Positions 10,396 through 21,242 of a stretch of 64,000 bases of DNA are shown here, piece after piece. A program made the position numbers and the translations under genes. Within the stretch, counting starts at the first letter, position 1; every line of letters begins with the position of its first letter. Source of the DNA: Alkalispirochaeta sp. (GTDB lineage Bacteria; Spirochaetota; Spirochaetia; DSM-27196; Alkalispirochaetaceae); NCBI GenBank assembly GCA_965601925.1, contig OZ271854.1, positions 1,696,001 to 1,760,000 on the forward strand, written 5' to 3'. The notes under the pieces were generated by a model. It was not told the DNA's origin and made no database searches. It saw nothing but the letters and a program-made list of their open reading frames with translations.

Positions 10396-11634
10396 ATGAG
10401 TAGCCCAGTGACGATCACCATAATGGTGGGAACATTCCCCGCAGTCTCTCAGCAGTTCATTCTCAATCAAATCGCCGCACTCATCGATGACGGACACGAG
10501 GTGCGGCTACTCGCCTCGGCCGTTTCGCGCTCCCCCGATTACGGTGGCGTCGTAGAGCGCTACCGACTCATGGACCGAGTGCGATTTGCCTCGATTCCCG
10601 AATCACCGATACGTCGGATCGTGGTAGGCGCTCTCAAACTTTTGAAGTTGATGGTCCTGAGTCCGGTTCGCACGCTGAAGGCGCTCGACGTCAAACGCTA
10701 CCGTACGGCCGCACGAGGGCTCAAGACGTTGTTTTATCTCGATCTATTGCGCCGTGAGGCCTCCATACCCCTGATGCACTGCCACTTCGGTCCTATGGGA
10801 TTGACCGGACTCTTTCTCAAGGACGTCGGGCTCGTGAATAGCTTGCTCGTCACCTTTCACGGTTCGGATATCAACTCGTATCCCAAGCGGTACGGTCACG
10901 ATGTGTATCGTGCGCTGTGGGCCGGGGCCGACGCCTTTACGGCGAACACGACGTTTACCGCCGACCGTATGCGCGACCATGGCTGCACGGAGCGTTCCAT
11001 CCATATTCTCCCCGTGGGCTTACGGGTTAGCGAGTTCCCGATTCGAGAACACGTCTCCGATCCGTCACGGTTCGTGATCCTCGTCGTCGGGCGCATGGTG
11101 GAGAAAAAGGGCCATCGCTACATGATCGAGGCGCTCTCGATGCTGCGCGATCGCGTGTCGGGGCTCTCGTGTTGGTTTGTCGGTGACGGTCCGTTGCGAG
11201 CCGATCTCGAGGCGCTGGTTCGTACCCGTGGCTTGGAATCGACGGTAACGTTCTACGGCTCTCTTCCCGGTAGCGAGGTACGCTCGTTTTACGCTCGCTG
11301 TGACGTGTTTGCGTTGCCGAGTGTGACCGCTTCAAGCGGTGACATGGAGGGTCAAGGTCTCGTGTTGCAGGAGGCGCAAGCTTCGGGGTGCCCCGTCGTC
11401 TCCACATTGCACAACGGCATCCCCGACGGCGTTCGCGATAATGAAACCGGACTGCTGGTTCCCGAGAAGGACGCCGCTGCGTTAGCGGAAGCGATTCTCA
11501 CGTTCGCGAACGATCGCGGACGTATCGCGACGATGGGAGGGGCCGCCGCGCTGTTCGTGCGCGACCGGTACGACATTGCGCGGTTGAATCGCGAGCTTGT
11601 CGAAATCTATAGAGCGGTCGCGCCGGAGCTATGA
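10396..11634 (+). CDS. GT4 glycosyltransferase, WcaL/AmsK-like
   Basis: FPAVSQQFILNQI, HCHFG, VTFHGSD, GRMVEKKG, PSVTASSGDMEGQGLVLQEAQASG. Confidence 0.9.
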   Translation: MSSPVTITIMVGTFPAVSQQFILNQIAALIDDGHEVRLLASAVSRSPDYGGVVERYRLMDRVRFASIPESPIRRIVVGALKLLKLMVLSPVRTLKALDVKRYRTAARGLKTLFYLDLLRREASIPLMHCHFGPMGLTGLFLKDVGLVNSLLVTFHGSDINSYPKRYGHDVYRALWAGADAFTANTTFTADRMRDHGCTERSIHILPVGLRVSEFPIREHVSDPSRFVILVVGRMVEKKGHRYMIEALSMLRDRVSGLSCWFVGDGPLRADLEALVRTRGLESTVTFYGSLPGSEVRSFYARCDVFALPSVTASSGDMEGQGLVLQEAQASGCPVVSTLHNGIPDGVRDNETGLLVPEKDAAALAEAILTFANDRGRIATMGGAAALFVRDRYDIARLNRELVEIYRAVAPEL

Positions 11635-12383
11635 TGGTCGGGTTTTCCAAACGCAGTCTCGTGATTGAGTTTTTTGGCCTGCCCGGCAGCGGCAAGAGCT
11701 ACGCGGCCTTGCGAGTGTGCTCCGCCCTTCGTGACCGTGGTGTCCGCGTCATCATGCCGATTGCCACAATCACTCGGGCGCCGCTTCCGATTCGCATACC
11801 CATCAAGAGCGTCCTGGCGTTTCTGTTTGCGGTGCTTCACCTTCCGACGGCGTTCCGCGTTATGCACGGCGTGCGCGAAAGCAGGCAGCGGTCTCTCCAC
11901 GACGCCGTGTCAGTGGCGTTTAACGTCTTCTTCGTGCTCGGCGTCCTGAGGCGTTATCAACACCGTCGAGTCGTTTTGGTGTTTGACCAGGGAACCGTGC
12001 AAGCCGTCGTATCCGTGCTGTACTCCGCCCGCAGTCGCCCTCCCGAGCGTTTGGTGAGCGTTCTCCCCCCGCCGGACGTTCTCTTGCACATGACGGCGGA
12101 TCACGCGACGATAGTCGACCGACTTCGATCGCGTACGGTGCGTCAAAGTCGTGTGGAGTCCGACGTATTATCGGGTATCATGCGTACGCAACGACGCGTG
12201 CGTCTAATCGAGCGGAGCGATTGGTACGCCGGGGTGCGGTGCGTCATTCCCTTGCAAGGGGATCTCGACGAGGGGCACACCGGCCGAGCGATAGAGACCG
12301 TAACCGAAAGGATACTGTGTGAGTGGCGGAACGTCCGACGACGACAAAATCTTGGCGCAAACGAGGCGGACTGTGTCGGCTGA
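11631..12383 (+). CDS. P-loop nucleotide-kinase-fold protein (dTMP/dNK-like), function unknown
   Basis: IEFFGLPGSGKS Walker A, VFDQG, PPPD, RLRSR lid. ATGA overlap with the upstream GT. Confidence 0.7.
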   Translation: MMVGFSKRSLVIEFFGLPGSGKSYAALRVCSALRDRGVRVIMPIATITRAPLPIRIPIKSVLAFLFAVLHLPTAFRVMHGVRESRQRSLHDAVSVAFNVFFVLGVLRRYQHRRVVLVFDQGTVQAVVSVLYSARSRPPERLVSVLPPPDVLLHMTADHATIVDRLRSRTVRQSRVESDVLSGIMRTQRRVRLIERSDWYAGVRCVIPLQGDLDEGHTGRAIETVTERILCEWRNVRRRQNLGANEADCVG

Positions 12384-13527
12384 CACCCCGGCGACGGGCC
12401 GCGGCCCAAAGGTCGGCATCTTCACGCGACCCATCGATCAGGGCACCAGCGGCAGTGGGCACCATCTTTCGGAGATGGTACGTCATATCATCGATATCAA
12501 CGAGGCGGAACGTCGATTCGATATCACATTGATTCACTATGAGAGGAATGATCGCGAGATCTATCGTCGCGTGCCCGAGCTCATTATCCCGCGCAATCCG
12601 TTGGCGGCGGCGAGGACATTGATTCCCCACCGATTTGACCTTCTTCATCACAGTCCCGTCACGATATTTTCTCCCGTGCGGGTTCGTGGTGCGGTTCATG
12701 TCGGAACGATCCACAGCGCCGAACCGAATATCATTCCGCAGTACTACTCCGTGCCCGCTCGCCTTCACGCACGCTGGATCAAGCCGCGCTACGCACGACG
12801 GATGGATCACATTTTTACGGTTTCCGAGACGAGCAAGCGCTACTTTGTTGACCATTGGCGCGTGCCGCCCGATCGAGTATCCATTACCTACAACGCCTGT
12901 TCTCCCGCCTATCGCGTGCTCGGCGAAGTGGGAGACACCGAGCCCTCCCCGGTGTTGCGACGCCTCGGAATAGACGAACCGTACCTGTTTCATATCAGCA
13001 AGCACTCTCCCCGCAAGAATCCAGACTGTATACTGCGCGCGTTCGCCGCCCTGTGCGAGCGCGGCACGATTCCCGGGGTGCGATTGGTTCTTGCGGGAAG
13101 CGGCTGGAAGAACGCTTCCGTGGAATCGTTTATCGACCGGCACGATTTGGGCACGCGGGTCGTGTTTCCCGGATTCATACCGGAAGAAGAAGTGGTCGAG
13201 CTCTTTAACGGTGCGACGGCGTTCATCTTTCCGTCCCGCGCCGAGGGGTTCGGCATGCCCAATGTCGAGGCGATGGCCTGCGGCTGCCCGGTGGTGACGA
13301 GTAACGCCTTTGCGATTCCGGAGATCGTCGGAGACGGGGCCCTTGTCATGGACGATCCCGATGACTATCACGATCTCGCCGATAAGGTCGAACGAATCTA
13401 CCGCGATGAGACGCTGCGGAGAAGTCTCGTTGAGCGCGGGATTACTCGCGCCGGCGAGTTTTCCTGGGAGAAGAGTGCCCGCACCGTTCTCGATACCTGG
13501 GCTCGATTAATCGAGCGGCGACGATAG
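12373..13527 (+). CDS. GT4 glycosyltransferase (mannosyltransferase-like subfamily)
   Basis: SPRKN, FIFPSRAEGFGMPNVEAMACGCPV, FSWEKSAR. Probable GTG start 12373 after GAGG. Confidence 0.9.
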   Translation: MSADTPATGRGPKVGIFTRPIDQGTSGSGHHLSEMVRHIIDINEAERRFDITLIHYERNDREIYRRVPELIIPRNPLAAARTLIPHRFDLLHHSPVTIFSPVRVRGAVHVGTIHSAEPNIIPQYYSVPARLHARWIKPRYARRMDHIFTVSETSKRYFVDHWRVPPDRVSITYNACSPAYRVLGEVGDTEPSPVLRRLGIDEPYLFHISKHSPRKNPDCILRAFAALCERGTIPGVRLVLAGSGWKNASVESFIDRHDLGTRVVFPGFIPEEEVVELFNGATAFIFPSRAEGFGMPNVEAMACGCPVVTSNAFAIPEIVGDGALVMDDPDDYHDLADKVERIYRDETLRRSLVERGITRAGEFSWEKSARTVLDTWARLIERRR

Positions 13528-13554
13528 GCCGTCCCCCGGCGACCGATGTGCTCG

Positions 13555-14649
13555 TCATGCGTCTGCCGGGACGAGGTTTAGAATCTCCTCCAAGCGCTCC
13601 TCTATGTGCCGCGCTTGATCGTGATACGTCTCAAAGGCGTTTTGCACGATAGTCCGCCGCGCCGCTTCGTCGGTCAAATAGCGTTCACTCTGCTCCACCA
13701 CATTGTCACCGTCCCACCCGATCGGTACGTATGTCGTGTGCGGTACGAATATGTCCGGCCACGTCTCGAGGTGCGATACGTCCGGTTTGAGTAACAGACT
13801 GGCGTTGAGCACCGCCTCAAAGTCGCGAAAACAGATCTCGCCCCAGCCGAAGGGGCTGAGCGTGATCTTGCTATTGCGAATCTCCGTGTTGAACTGGCGT
13901 TGATCGACGCGTCCCAGAAGAAATCGATCGTCGTCGCGGATTTTATCTTCGATGATGGTCCGGTGGACAAGAAGCGTCGGCCGCTTCGGCCCGCCCCAGC
14001 GCGCGTGAACCGGAAAGAGTCCGCGATTATCCGGAAGCGCGGCCGGTCGGCCGACATTATGATAGAATGGTCGCACTGCGGGCATGCCGACCGTGCGGGC
14101 CAGAGCGACCGCTATCCGCTGGCGAGTCTTCACCTTGGGAAAGTCGCCGATACCGATGTTCCACGATACCCTCAGTTTCTTTTTGGCGGCGCTGATCGCC
14201 TCCGGATCGGTACCGACGACATCGGACAGTGTGGCTCTACGGCGCGGTTCGGGGTCGTCGACGCCGTGGACGCGGTGGTAATGGTCGGTAAACAGCTCGT
14301 CGCCGTAGAACGACTCGTCGTACAGCGATCGGTCCGTGAAAAGACTCTTGTTGAAGAGAAGATCGACGTAGGGTAGTACCTCGAGGCGCGGTATTCCGCC
14401 TCCCGCGTTACCGTTGAAAAAGAAGATGGTGTGGTATTTCTCTCGGAGCCGCTTCATGAGCTCCAAGTCGACCCGGTCCGGCTTCAGAAACCACCGGTCC
14501 ATAAACAAAACCCGGTTTCGATCTCGTTTCAAGCAGTACCCCGCCGAGTTTGTAAAGGTGAACGCCTTCCGGTGGCGAGAGACGAGGAACGGCTTCAGAC
14601 TGTGGAAGGCGCTGATGCGGTCATAGAAGGCGAGGATGGTAATCGGCAT
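13555..14649 (-). CDS. Putative glycosyltransferase-like protein (GT47/CgeB-like C-terminus)
   Basis: SKITLSPFGWGEICFRDFEAVLNASLLLKPD resembles the exostosin/Glyco_trans_1_2 C-terminal motif; lies within the glycan locus. Confidence 0.6.
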   Translation of the reverse strand: MPITILAFYDRISAFHSLKPFLVSRHRKAFTFTNSAGYCLKRDRNRVLFMDRWFLKPDRVDLELMKRLREKYHTIFFFNGNAGGGIPRLEVLPYVDLLFNKSLFTDRSLYDESFYGDELFTDHYHRVHGVDDPEPRRRATLSDVVGTDPEAISAAKKKLRVSWNIGIGDFPKVKTRQRIAVALARTVGMPAVRPFYHNVGRPAALPDNRGLFPVHARWGGPKRPTLLVHRTIIEDKIRDDDRFLLGRVDQRQFNTEIRNSKITLSPFGWGEICFRDFEAVLNASLLLKPDVSHLETWPDIFVPHTTYVPIGWDGDNVVEQSERYLTDEAARRTIVQNAFETYHDQARHIEERLEEILNLVPADA

Positions 14650-14656
14650 GTCCGAT

Positions 14657-14686
14657 AGTGTCGCGAGCGGCGCCTCGGGGCGTCAA
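14657..14686 (-). promoter_or_regulatory. Sigma70-like promoter 7 nt before ATG 14649
   Basis: TTGACG-18-GACACT-7nt-ATG, no SD. Confidence 0.5.
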
Positions 14687-14754
14687 GCCCCTCGCATTCC
14701 AGCGTTCCGCCATGCACATACAATCCTTACGAGGCACGCACATAATACCGCGTA

Positions 14755-15906
14755 GTGGATAGCATCAAAGTACTGTTCATAGTGAACTCTTCCTACGGTG
14801 TAAGAAACGCGATAGGTGCACGGGCCGGCCATATCGTGGAACATCTTGCCGGGAAAGCCACCGTTTTGGCGCGATATGCAACGCGCGGGGCGCGTCGGGC
14901 GGTCGAGTATCATCAGTGCGGGTTCGGTGCCACCACCGGTAAACTGCTGAAGGCGATGCACGTCTATGTATCGGACCGATTTCCTCACAAAGCGATCCTG
15001 CAACGCGCGTTCGAACGAGACGTCGCGTCCTCTTTGAATAGGCTCGATATGAAGGCCTACGACGTAATCCACACGTGGGCCGCCGTACCGAACGAAGTGT
15101 ACGCGGCGAAGGAGCGCAATCCTCGCGTAGTAGTGGTCCGTGATGTATCGATGCGCCCCGATTACGCGAGCGGATCGACTCTTCGACGGGAGTCCGAAGT
15201 TATTGACTACTTTCTCTGTCCCGCACCGGCGGTGATAGAGGCGACCGTAGACGGGTGCGGCGTGCCTGCGGATCGTGTGTTTCTCCAACCCTTCGGCGCC
15301 GATACCGATCTGTTCGTTCCTCGAGAGGTTCCGGCCGCGGAGGGTCTCTTTCGCGTAGCCTTCAGCGGGCACGTCGATCGACGCAAAGGAATACCGGAGC
15401 TGGTGGAGGCGTGGCGGCTGTCCGGGTTGTCAAAAGAGGCTGATGCACGACTCGATCTGTATGGGCGAGTATATCCCGAGGTGCGTTCCGTATTATCGAA
15501 TGCCGCCTCGGCTCACATCGTCACCCACGGATTCGTCGATCTCCCGAGCACGCTTCCCAATCACGAGGCGTTCGTTCTCCCCTCGCACCGCGAAGGATCG
15601 GCCAAGGCGGTCTACGAGGCATTAGCGTGCGGATTGCCGGTCATAACGACGCGCGAGGCGGGAAGTGTCGTACGCCACGATCGGGAGGGACAAATCGTAC
15701 CGGCCGGCGACGCGGCATCGCTCGCAAAGGCGTTACGACGCTACTATGAAGACTCCGACCTCAGACGTCTTCACGGGAACGCCGCACGTCGACGCGCCCT
15801 CGAGTTTACGTGGGGCCGCTACGGAGCCGGCGTTGTGGCACTGTATGATACCATGGTCGCACGAGGACCGGTCGTCACGGCGCAGACGGACGGTCGTCTA
15901 CGTTGA
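14755..15906 (+). CDS. GT4 glycosyltransferase
   Basis: FGADTDLF, GHVDRRKGI, LPSHREGSAKAVYEALACGLPV. Confidence 0.88.
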   Translation: MDSIKVLFIVNSSYGVRNAIGARAGHIVEHLAGKATVLARYATRGARRAVEYHQCGFGATTGKLLKAMHVYVSDRFPHKAILQRAFERDVASSLNRLDMKAYDVIHTWAAVPNEVYAAKERNPRVVVVRDVSMRPDYASGSTLRRESEVIDYFLCPAPAVIEATVDGCGVPADRVFLQPFGADTDLFVPREVPAAEGLFRVAFSGHVDRRKGIPELVEAWRLSGLSKEADARLDLYGRVYPEVRSVLSNAASAHIVTHGFVDLPSTLPNHEAFVLPSHREGSAKAVYEALACGLPVITTREAGSVVRHDREGQIVPAGDAASLAKALRRYYEDSDLRRLHGNAARRRALEFTWGRYGAGVVALYDTMVARGPVVTAQTDGRLR

Positions 15907-17146
15907 ACGCCCTCGGGACGAAGGTCATCGCCGCGGCCAATGCACGCCCGGTATCGAAGAGCGAGGGTCTGCCGCGTTTCCCGTGATCCCGTTCGTACAG
16001 GCGATGATACATGGCGATAAGGCGCTCGGCGCTTGCCGACCAGCTGAACTGACGAGCGCGCTCGAGTCCCGCACCGGCGAGCCGTCGGCGCAAATGTACG
16101 TCGTCGGCAAAACGACTCATAGCGTGTGAGACCGCGTCGATGTCGTGGGTCGAAACGATGAGAGCGGCGTCGCCGACGACCTCCGGTATGGCGAACGCGT
16201 CGGTGGTGATTACGGGACATCCCGATGCCATCGCCTCCAGATTCGGCATTCCGAATCCTTCGCAAAAAGATGGAAAGATAAACCCCGTCGCCGTCGAGTA
16301 GAGGGACGGAAGATCCTCCTCCCGCACGAATCCTGCGAGGATCACCCGATCCGATATGCTCCTCGCACCGAGCATGGAGCGTACTTTTGCGGTGTCCCAT
16401 CCCTTTCCCGCAATAACGAGACGCCAAGGTCGCTCATCGCCGACGGATTCTCGCTCCTTCAAAAAAGAATGGAATCCGCGGATTAACGTCCATGGATTCT
16501 TGCGGGGAGAGAATTTGCTGACGTGGAAGAAGAAATGCGCTCCGGTGTTCAAGTCGGCATTGACCCGGTGGGGTCCGGGGCCGAGGGGCCGGTATATGGG
16601 ATCGACACCGTTGGTGATGACGTCTATAGTTTGTTTGCGCCGCAGAGGGTAGTGCGTGCGAAGGTACTGCTCGGTCGTGTGCGACACCGTCACAATATGA
16701 TCGATCGCGCGCGTCATCAACGGTACCACCGTCGCATCGTGCAGAACGTGGAGCGGTTTATAGTACCGCTTGAGAAGCACCGGCTCGGCGCCGTGAATCG
16801 TGGCGATCCGCGTCCCCCGTACGCCGTGCAGGGCGGTGAATATCGTCGGTAGATGGTAATGGATTAGCTCGAATCGGTGGCGATTGAGCGCACGCGACAG
16901 CGTTACCGGATTGCGGCCCACGATCATTTCTTTTATGCCGCGGCTTACGGCCGCTTCGTAGAAATGTCGATCCCCCGGCTTGTGGTGAACGAAGGTGATG
17001 TCGAGCCCGTGATCGAAGGTCGCGAGAGCGCTCAGGAGGCGATGCCAGTGCTGACCGCTTCCACTATGGCTGTGTTCGTCAACCGCGCGCGTAAAGACCG
17101 CTACACGCGGTCGTTTCATCCTTTGATCCCGCGAATAACTCTTCAT
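15875..17146 (-). CDS. GT4 glycosyltransferase, paralog of 12373-13527
   Basis: SPRKN, FIFPSFCEGFGMPNLEAMASGCPV. Alternative start 17119. Confidence 0.9.
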   Translation of the reverse strand: MKSYSRDQRMKRPRVAVFTRAVDEHSHSGSGQHWHRLLSALATFDHGLDITFVHHKPGDRHFYEAAVSRGIKEMIVGRNPVTLSRALNRHRFELIHYHLPTIFTALHGVRGTRIATIHGAEPVLLKRYYKPLHVLHDATVVPLMTRAIDHIVTVSHTTEQYLRTHYPLRRKQTIDVITNGVDPIYRPLGPGPHRVNADLNTGAHFFFHVSKFSPRKNPWTLIRGFHSFLKERESVGDERPWRLVIAGKGWDTAKVRSMLGARSISDRVILAGFVREEDLPSLYSTATGFIFPSFCEGFGMPNLEAMASGCPVITTDAFAIPEVVGDAALIVSTHDIDAVSHAMSRFADDVHLRRRLAGAGLERARQFSWSASAERLIAMYHRLYERDHGKRGRPSLFDTGRALAAAMTFVPRAFNVDDRPSAP

Positions 17147-17282
17147 AAACGAGAAGTTTATACGGCGATTATTGCGGTTCGGTTACGACATTATGAGTTC
17201 TTCTTGAGCGGCCTTATCCGTCACCTTTCGAGAATGCCGCTCGTGACGACGAGGGAGTCGTTCGCCGTCCTCGATTCCCCTT

Positions 17283-19214
17283 TCACACCACCTTCGTCAG
17301 GCGTTCAAAGAGCGTCTGAACGGCCTCCGAGACGCTTACGACGTCGGTCTCGATAACTATTTCCGCGTTTACGGGTTCCTCGTACGGAGCGTCGACACCG
17401 GTGAAGCCGGAGATCTCGCCGCGGTCGACCTTGTGATACAGGCCTTTTGGATCGCGGCGACGCGCCTCGGTGAGACTCACCTTCACAAAAATCTCTATGA
17501 AATCACCGTCGGGAATGCGGGAACGAACCGCATCTCTATCCGCTCCGTACGGACTTACGAAGGTACAGAGCACGATGTGGCCGAAATCGTAGAGCTGGCG
17601 CGCCATATGGCCGATCCGTCGGACATTCTCCCGGCGGTCCTCGCGGCTGAACGCCAGATCGGCGTTGAGACCGTGACGCACGTTATCGCCGTCCAACCGC
17701 ACCACGCGCAGCCCCTCATCGAAAAGTTTCTTCTCGAGCTCTTTAGCTATGGTGCTCTTTCCACTACCGGAGATGCCGGTGAACCACACCACCTTCGGTC
17801 GATGTCCGTTGCGTTTGATACGATCCTCGAGGCCGACGTACCCGGGATCCCAAAAGATATTGCTGCTTGCCGGCTCCGTGTGCTCGGACTCGGCCATGCG
17901 GCGCTGTCGCTGGTCCTTTCGGAGCTCCTCCAGGGTTCCGGCCGAGGCGTGGCGAATCATACCCGCGGCGACGGTCCGAAAATCGTGGGGATCGACGAGA
18001 ACAAATCCCCCGGTATTGCGGTTGCGATCGTAAGGGTCGAAGAAGATCGGATTTGCCGCGGTGATTTTCACGCGTCCTATTTCATTGAGGGAGAGCGTTT
18101 CCGCGTCGCTACGGTGGAGCGTGTTGACGTCGATGCGATACACCAAATCGTCTACATAGGCCCTCGTGGTGCGGGCGGTGTGTTGCAGCACGTATTGCCT
18201 GGTGATGTCCAAGTCGTGTTGGTCGTCCATCCACGTGAGCGTCGCATCGAACTCCGTGGAGACCTCGGGGATGTTGTGGCTGCGTACGATCATGTCTCCC
18301 CGACTGATATCGATCTCGTCCTCGAGGGTGAGGATGACGCTTTGACCGGCAAACGCCTCTTTCAACTCCTCCTTGTAGAAACGGATTTCCTTGATGCGGC
18401 TCTTTTGACGACTCGGTAGTACGACGACCTCCTCGCCGATACTCACCGTTCCGCTCGCGACGCGGCCGGAAAAGCCGCGAAAGTCCTGATGCGGTCGAAT
18501 CACGTGTTGCACGGGAAAGCGAAAATCGATCAGGTTCCGGTCGCCCGCGATCGTGACCGTTTCGAGGTGTTGAAGGAGCGGAACGCCTTGATACCACGGA
18601 GTGTTTTCGCTCCGCTCCACGACGTTATCGCCCACGAGAGCGCTTACCGGGATGAACTCGATATCGCTCATCGACAGCTTGCGCGCGAAGTCCTGATACT
18701 CGGCCTTGATCTCCTCAAATCGGGTCTGTGAGTAGTCGACGAGGTCGAGCTTGTTGACGGCCACGACCATGTGCGGAATCCCCAAAAGGCTTGCGATGAT
18801 GCCGTGGCGTTTGCTTTGCGTGACGACACCGTTACGGGCGTCGATGAGAATGATGGCCAAGTCGGCAGTCGAGGCGCCGGTTACCATGTTTCGTGTGTAC
18901 TGCTCGTGGCCCGGCGTATCGGCTATGATGAACTTGCGTCGCGGCGTGGAGAAGTAGCGATAGGCGACGTCGATGGTAATACCTTGCTCGCGTTCGGAGC
19001 GAAGCCCGTCGGTGAGTAGTGCCAAGTTGACCGACTCCTCTCCGCGCAGCTTGCTCGAATGCTCCAACTGTTCCATTTGATCCTGGAAAATCTGTTTAGA
19101 GTCGAAGAGCATACGTCCGATAAGCGTGCTTTTGCCGTCGTCCACACTGCCCGCCGTGGTGAAACGGAGGAGATCTCGATCGTGGACGATCGATGCGGAT
19201 TGTTCGCTGTTCAC
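17283..19214 (-). CDS. cysNC: Bifunctional sulfate adenylyltransferase subunit 1 / adenylyl-sulfate kinase
   Basis: GSVDDGKSTLIG, EREQGITIDVAYRYF, DTPGHEQY, then an APS kinase domain WFTGISGSGKST, LDGDNVRHGL, RDPKGLY. Confidence 0.96.
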   Translation of the reverse strand: MNSEQSASIVHDRDLLRFTTAGSVDDGKSTLIGRMLFDSKQIFQDQMEQLEHSSKLRGEESVNLALLTDGLRSEREQGITIDVAYRYFSTPRRKFIIADTPGHEQYTRNMVTGASTADLAIILIDARNGVVTQSKRHGIIASLLGIPHMVVAVNKLDLVDYSQTRFEEIKAEYQDFARKLSMSDIEFIPVSALVGDNVVERSENTPWYQGVPLLQHLETVTIAGDRNLIDFRFPVQHVIRPHQDFRGFSGRVASGTVSIGEEVVVLPSRQKSRIKEIRFYKEELKEAFAGQSVILTLEDEIDISRGDMIVRSHNIPEVSTEFDATLTWMDDQHDLDITRQYVLQHTARTTRAYVDDLVYRIDVNTLHRSDAETLSLNEIGRVKITAANPIFFDPYDRNRNTGGFVLVDPHDFRTVAAGMIRHASAGTLEELRKDQRQRRMAESEHTEPASSNIFWDPGYVGLEDRIKRNGHRPKVVWFTGISGSGKSTIAKELEKKLFDEGLRVVRLDGDNVRHGLNADLAFSREDRRENVRRIGHMARQLYDFGHIVLCTFVSPYGADRDAVRSRIPDGDFIEIFVKVSLTEARRRDPKGLYHKVDRGEISGFTGVDAPYEEPVNAEIVIETDVVSVSEAVQTLFERLTKVV

Positions 19215-20128
19215 TAAAAGTATCCCTGCTTCTTCCGGTCTTCCATCGCCGCCTCACTTCGTTTGTCGTCGGCACGCCCCCCACGTTCGGTTACGCGGGT
19301 CGAGGCGACTTCGTTCACGATGTCGTGAATGTCGCCGGCAGCGCTCAGTGTCGCTCCGGTACACGTCATATCGCCGATCGTGCGAAAGCGGACGGCGAGC
19401 GTCTGAGCCGTCTCGTCGTCCACCGTTCTATTGTGCGCCCCGAGGGCCAGGATCACGCCGTCTCTCTCTACCACCTCCCGCTCGTGGGTGAAGTAGAGGC
19501 TCGGTATCGGTATCGCCTCCCGTTCGATGTATTGCCAGACGTCGAGTTCGGTCCAGTTACTGATGGGGAATGCTCGTATATGCTCTCCCGGTCTGTGCAG
19601 ACCGTTGAAGATGTTCCATAGCTCCGGGCGCTGATTCTTGGGATCCCATTGGCCGAAGCGATCGCGGAAGCTGAAAAACCGCTCCTTGGCGCGAGCCTTT
19701 TCCTCGTCTCTGCGTGCACCGCCGAGAGCACAGTTGAACTTGAACTCTGAAAGCGCATCGAGGAGGGTCACCGTCTGGAGCCCGTTGCGACTCGGATTGG
19801 GACCCTCCTCCTCCTTGACGCGTCCCTTTTGTATCGACTCTTCGACGGTGCGTACGATAATCGTTGCACCGATCTCGCCCATCCACCAATCGCGAAACGC
19901 GATCGTTTCGTCGAAGTTATGGCCCGTGTCGATGTGCATCAACGGGAAGGGAATGGTGCCGGGATAAAACGCTTTGCGGGCGAGATAACTCATTACGATC
20001 GAGTCTTTCCCTCCGGAAAAAAGCATCACCGGGCGTTCAAATTGCGAGGCTACCTCGCGTATCACATAGATCGCCTCGCTCTCAATTTGATCGAGCGTAC
20101 TCATTACGTGTCTGGGCATTGTCGACAT
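19214..20128 (-). CDS. cysD: Sulfate adenylyltransferase subunit 2
   Basis: FSGGKDS, HIDTGHNF, GGARRDEEKARAKER, WDPKNQRPELW, RKKQGYF. Confidence 0.97.
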   Translation of the reverse strand: MSTMPRHVMSTLDQIESEAIYVIREVASQFERPVMLFSGGKDSIVMSYLARKAFYPGTIPFPLMHIDTGHNFDETIAFRDWWMGEIGATIIVRTVEESIQKGRVKEEEGPNPSRNGLQTVTLLDALSEFKFNCALGGARRDEEKARAKERFFSFRDRFGQWDPKNQRPELWNIFNGLHRPGEHIRAFPISNWTELDVWQYIEREAIPIPSLYFTHEREVVERDGVILALGAHNRTVDDETAQTLAVRFRTIGDMTCTGATLSAAGDIHDIVNEVASTRVTERGGRADDKRSEAAMEDRKKQGYF

Positions 20129-20174
20129 GTCGGCTTCCTTTTGGTCGTAGACGGTATATCACAATCCGTTGTGT

Positions 20175-21050
<876 letters not shown>

Positions 21051-21082
21051 GTTTTCTTTCCTTGTAGATTATTACCGCTCGT

Positions 21083-21111
21083 ATCATAGAGAGGGCCTCC
21101 GGTAACCGCAA
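21083..21111 (-). promoter_or_regulatory. Sigma70 promoter of cysQ-cysD-cysNC
   Basis: TTGCGG-17-TATGAT on the minus strand; SD AAGGA before GTG 21050. Confidence 0.55.
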
Positions 21112-21242
21112 GCATTTGTGATCCACGGGTATCTCGCGTGGGAAATGCCGAATGCGCGGGCCGAACATTTTGCCCGGCGGACACAAAAAACTTGCACAGA
21201 AGCCGGGTCCCCAGGTTAGTATGGTGCCTCCGAGGAGGTATT

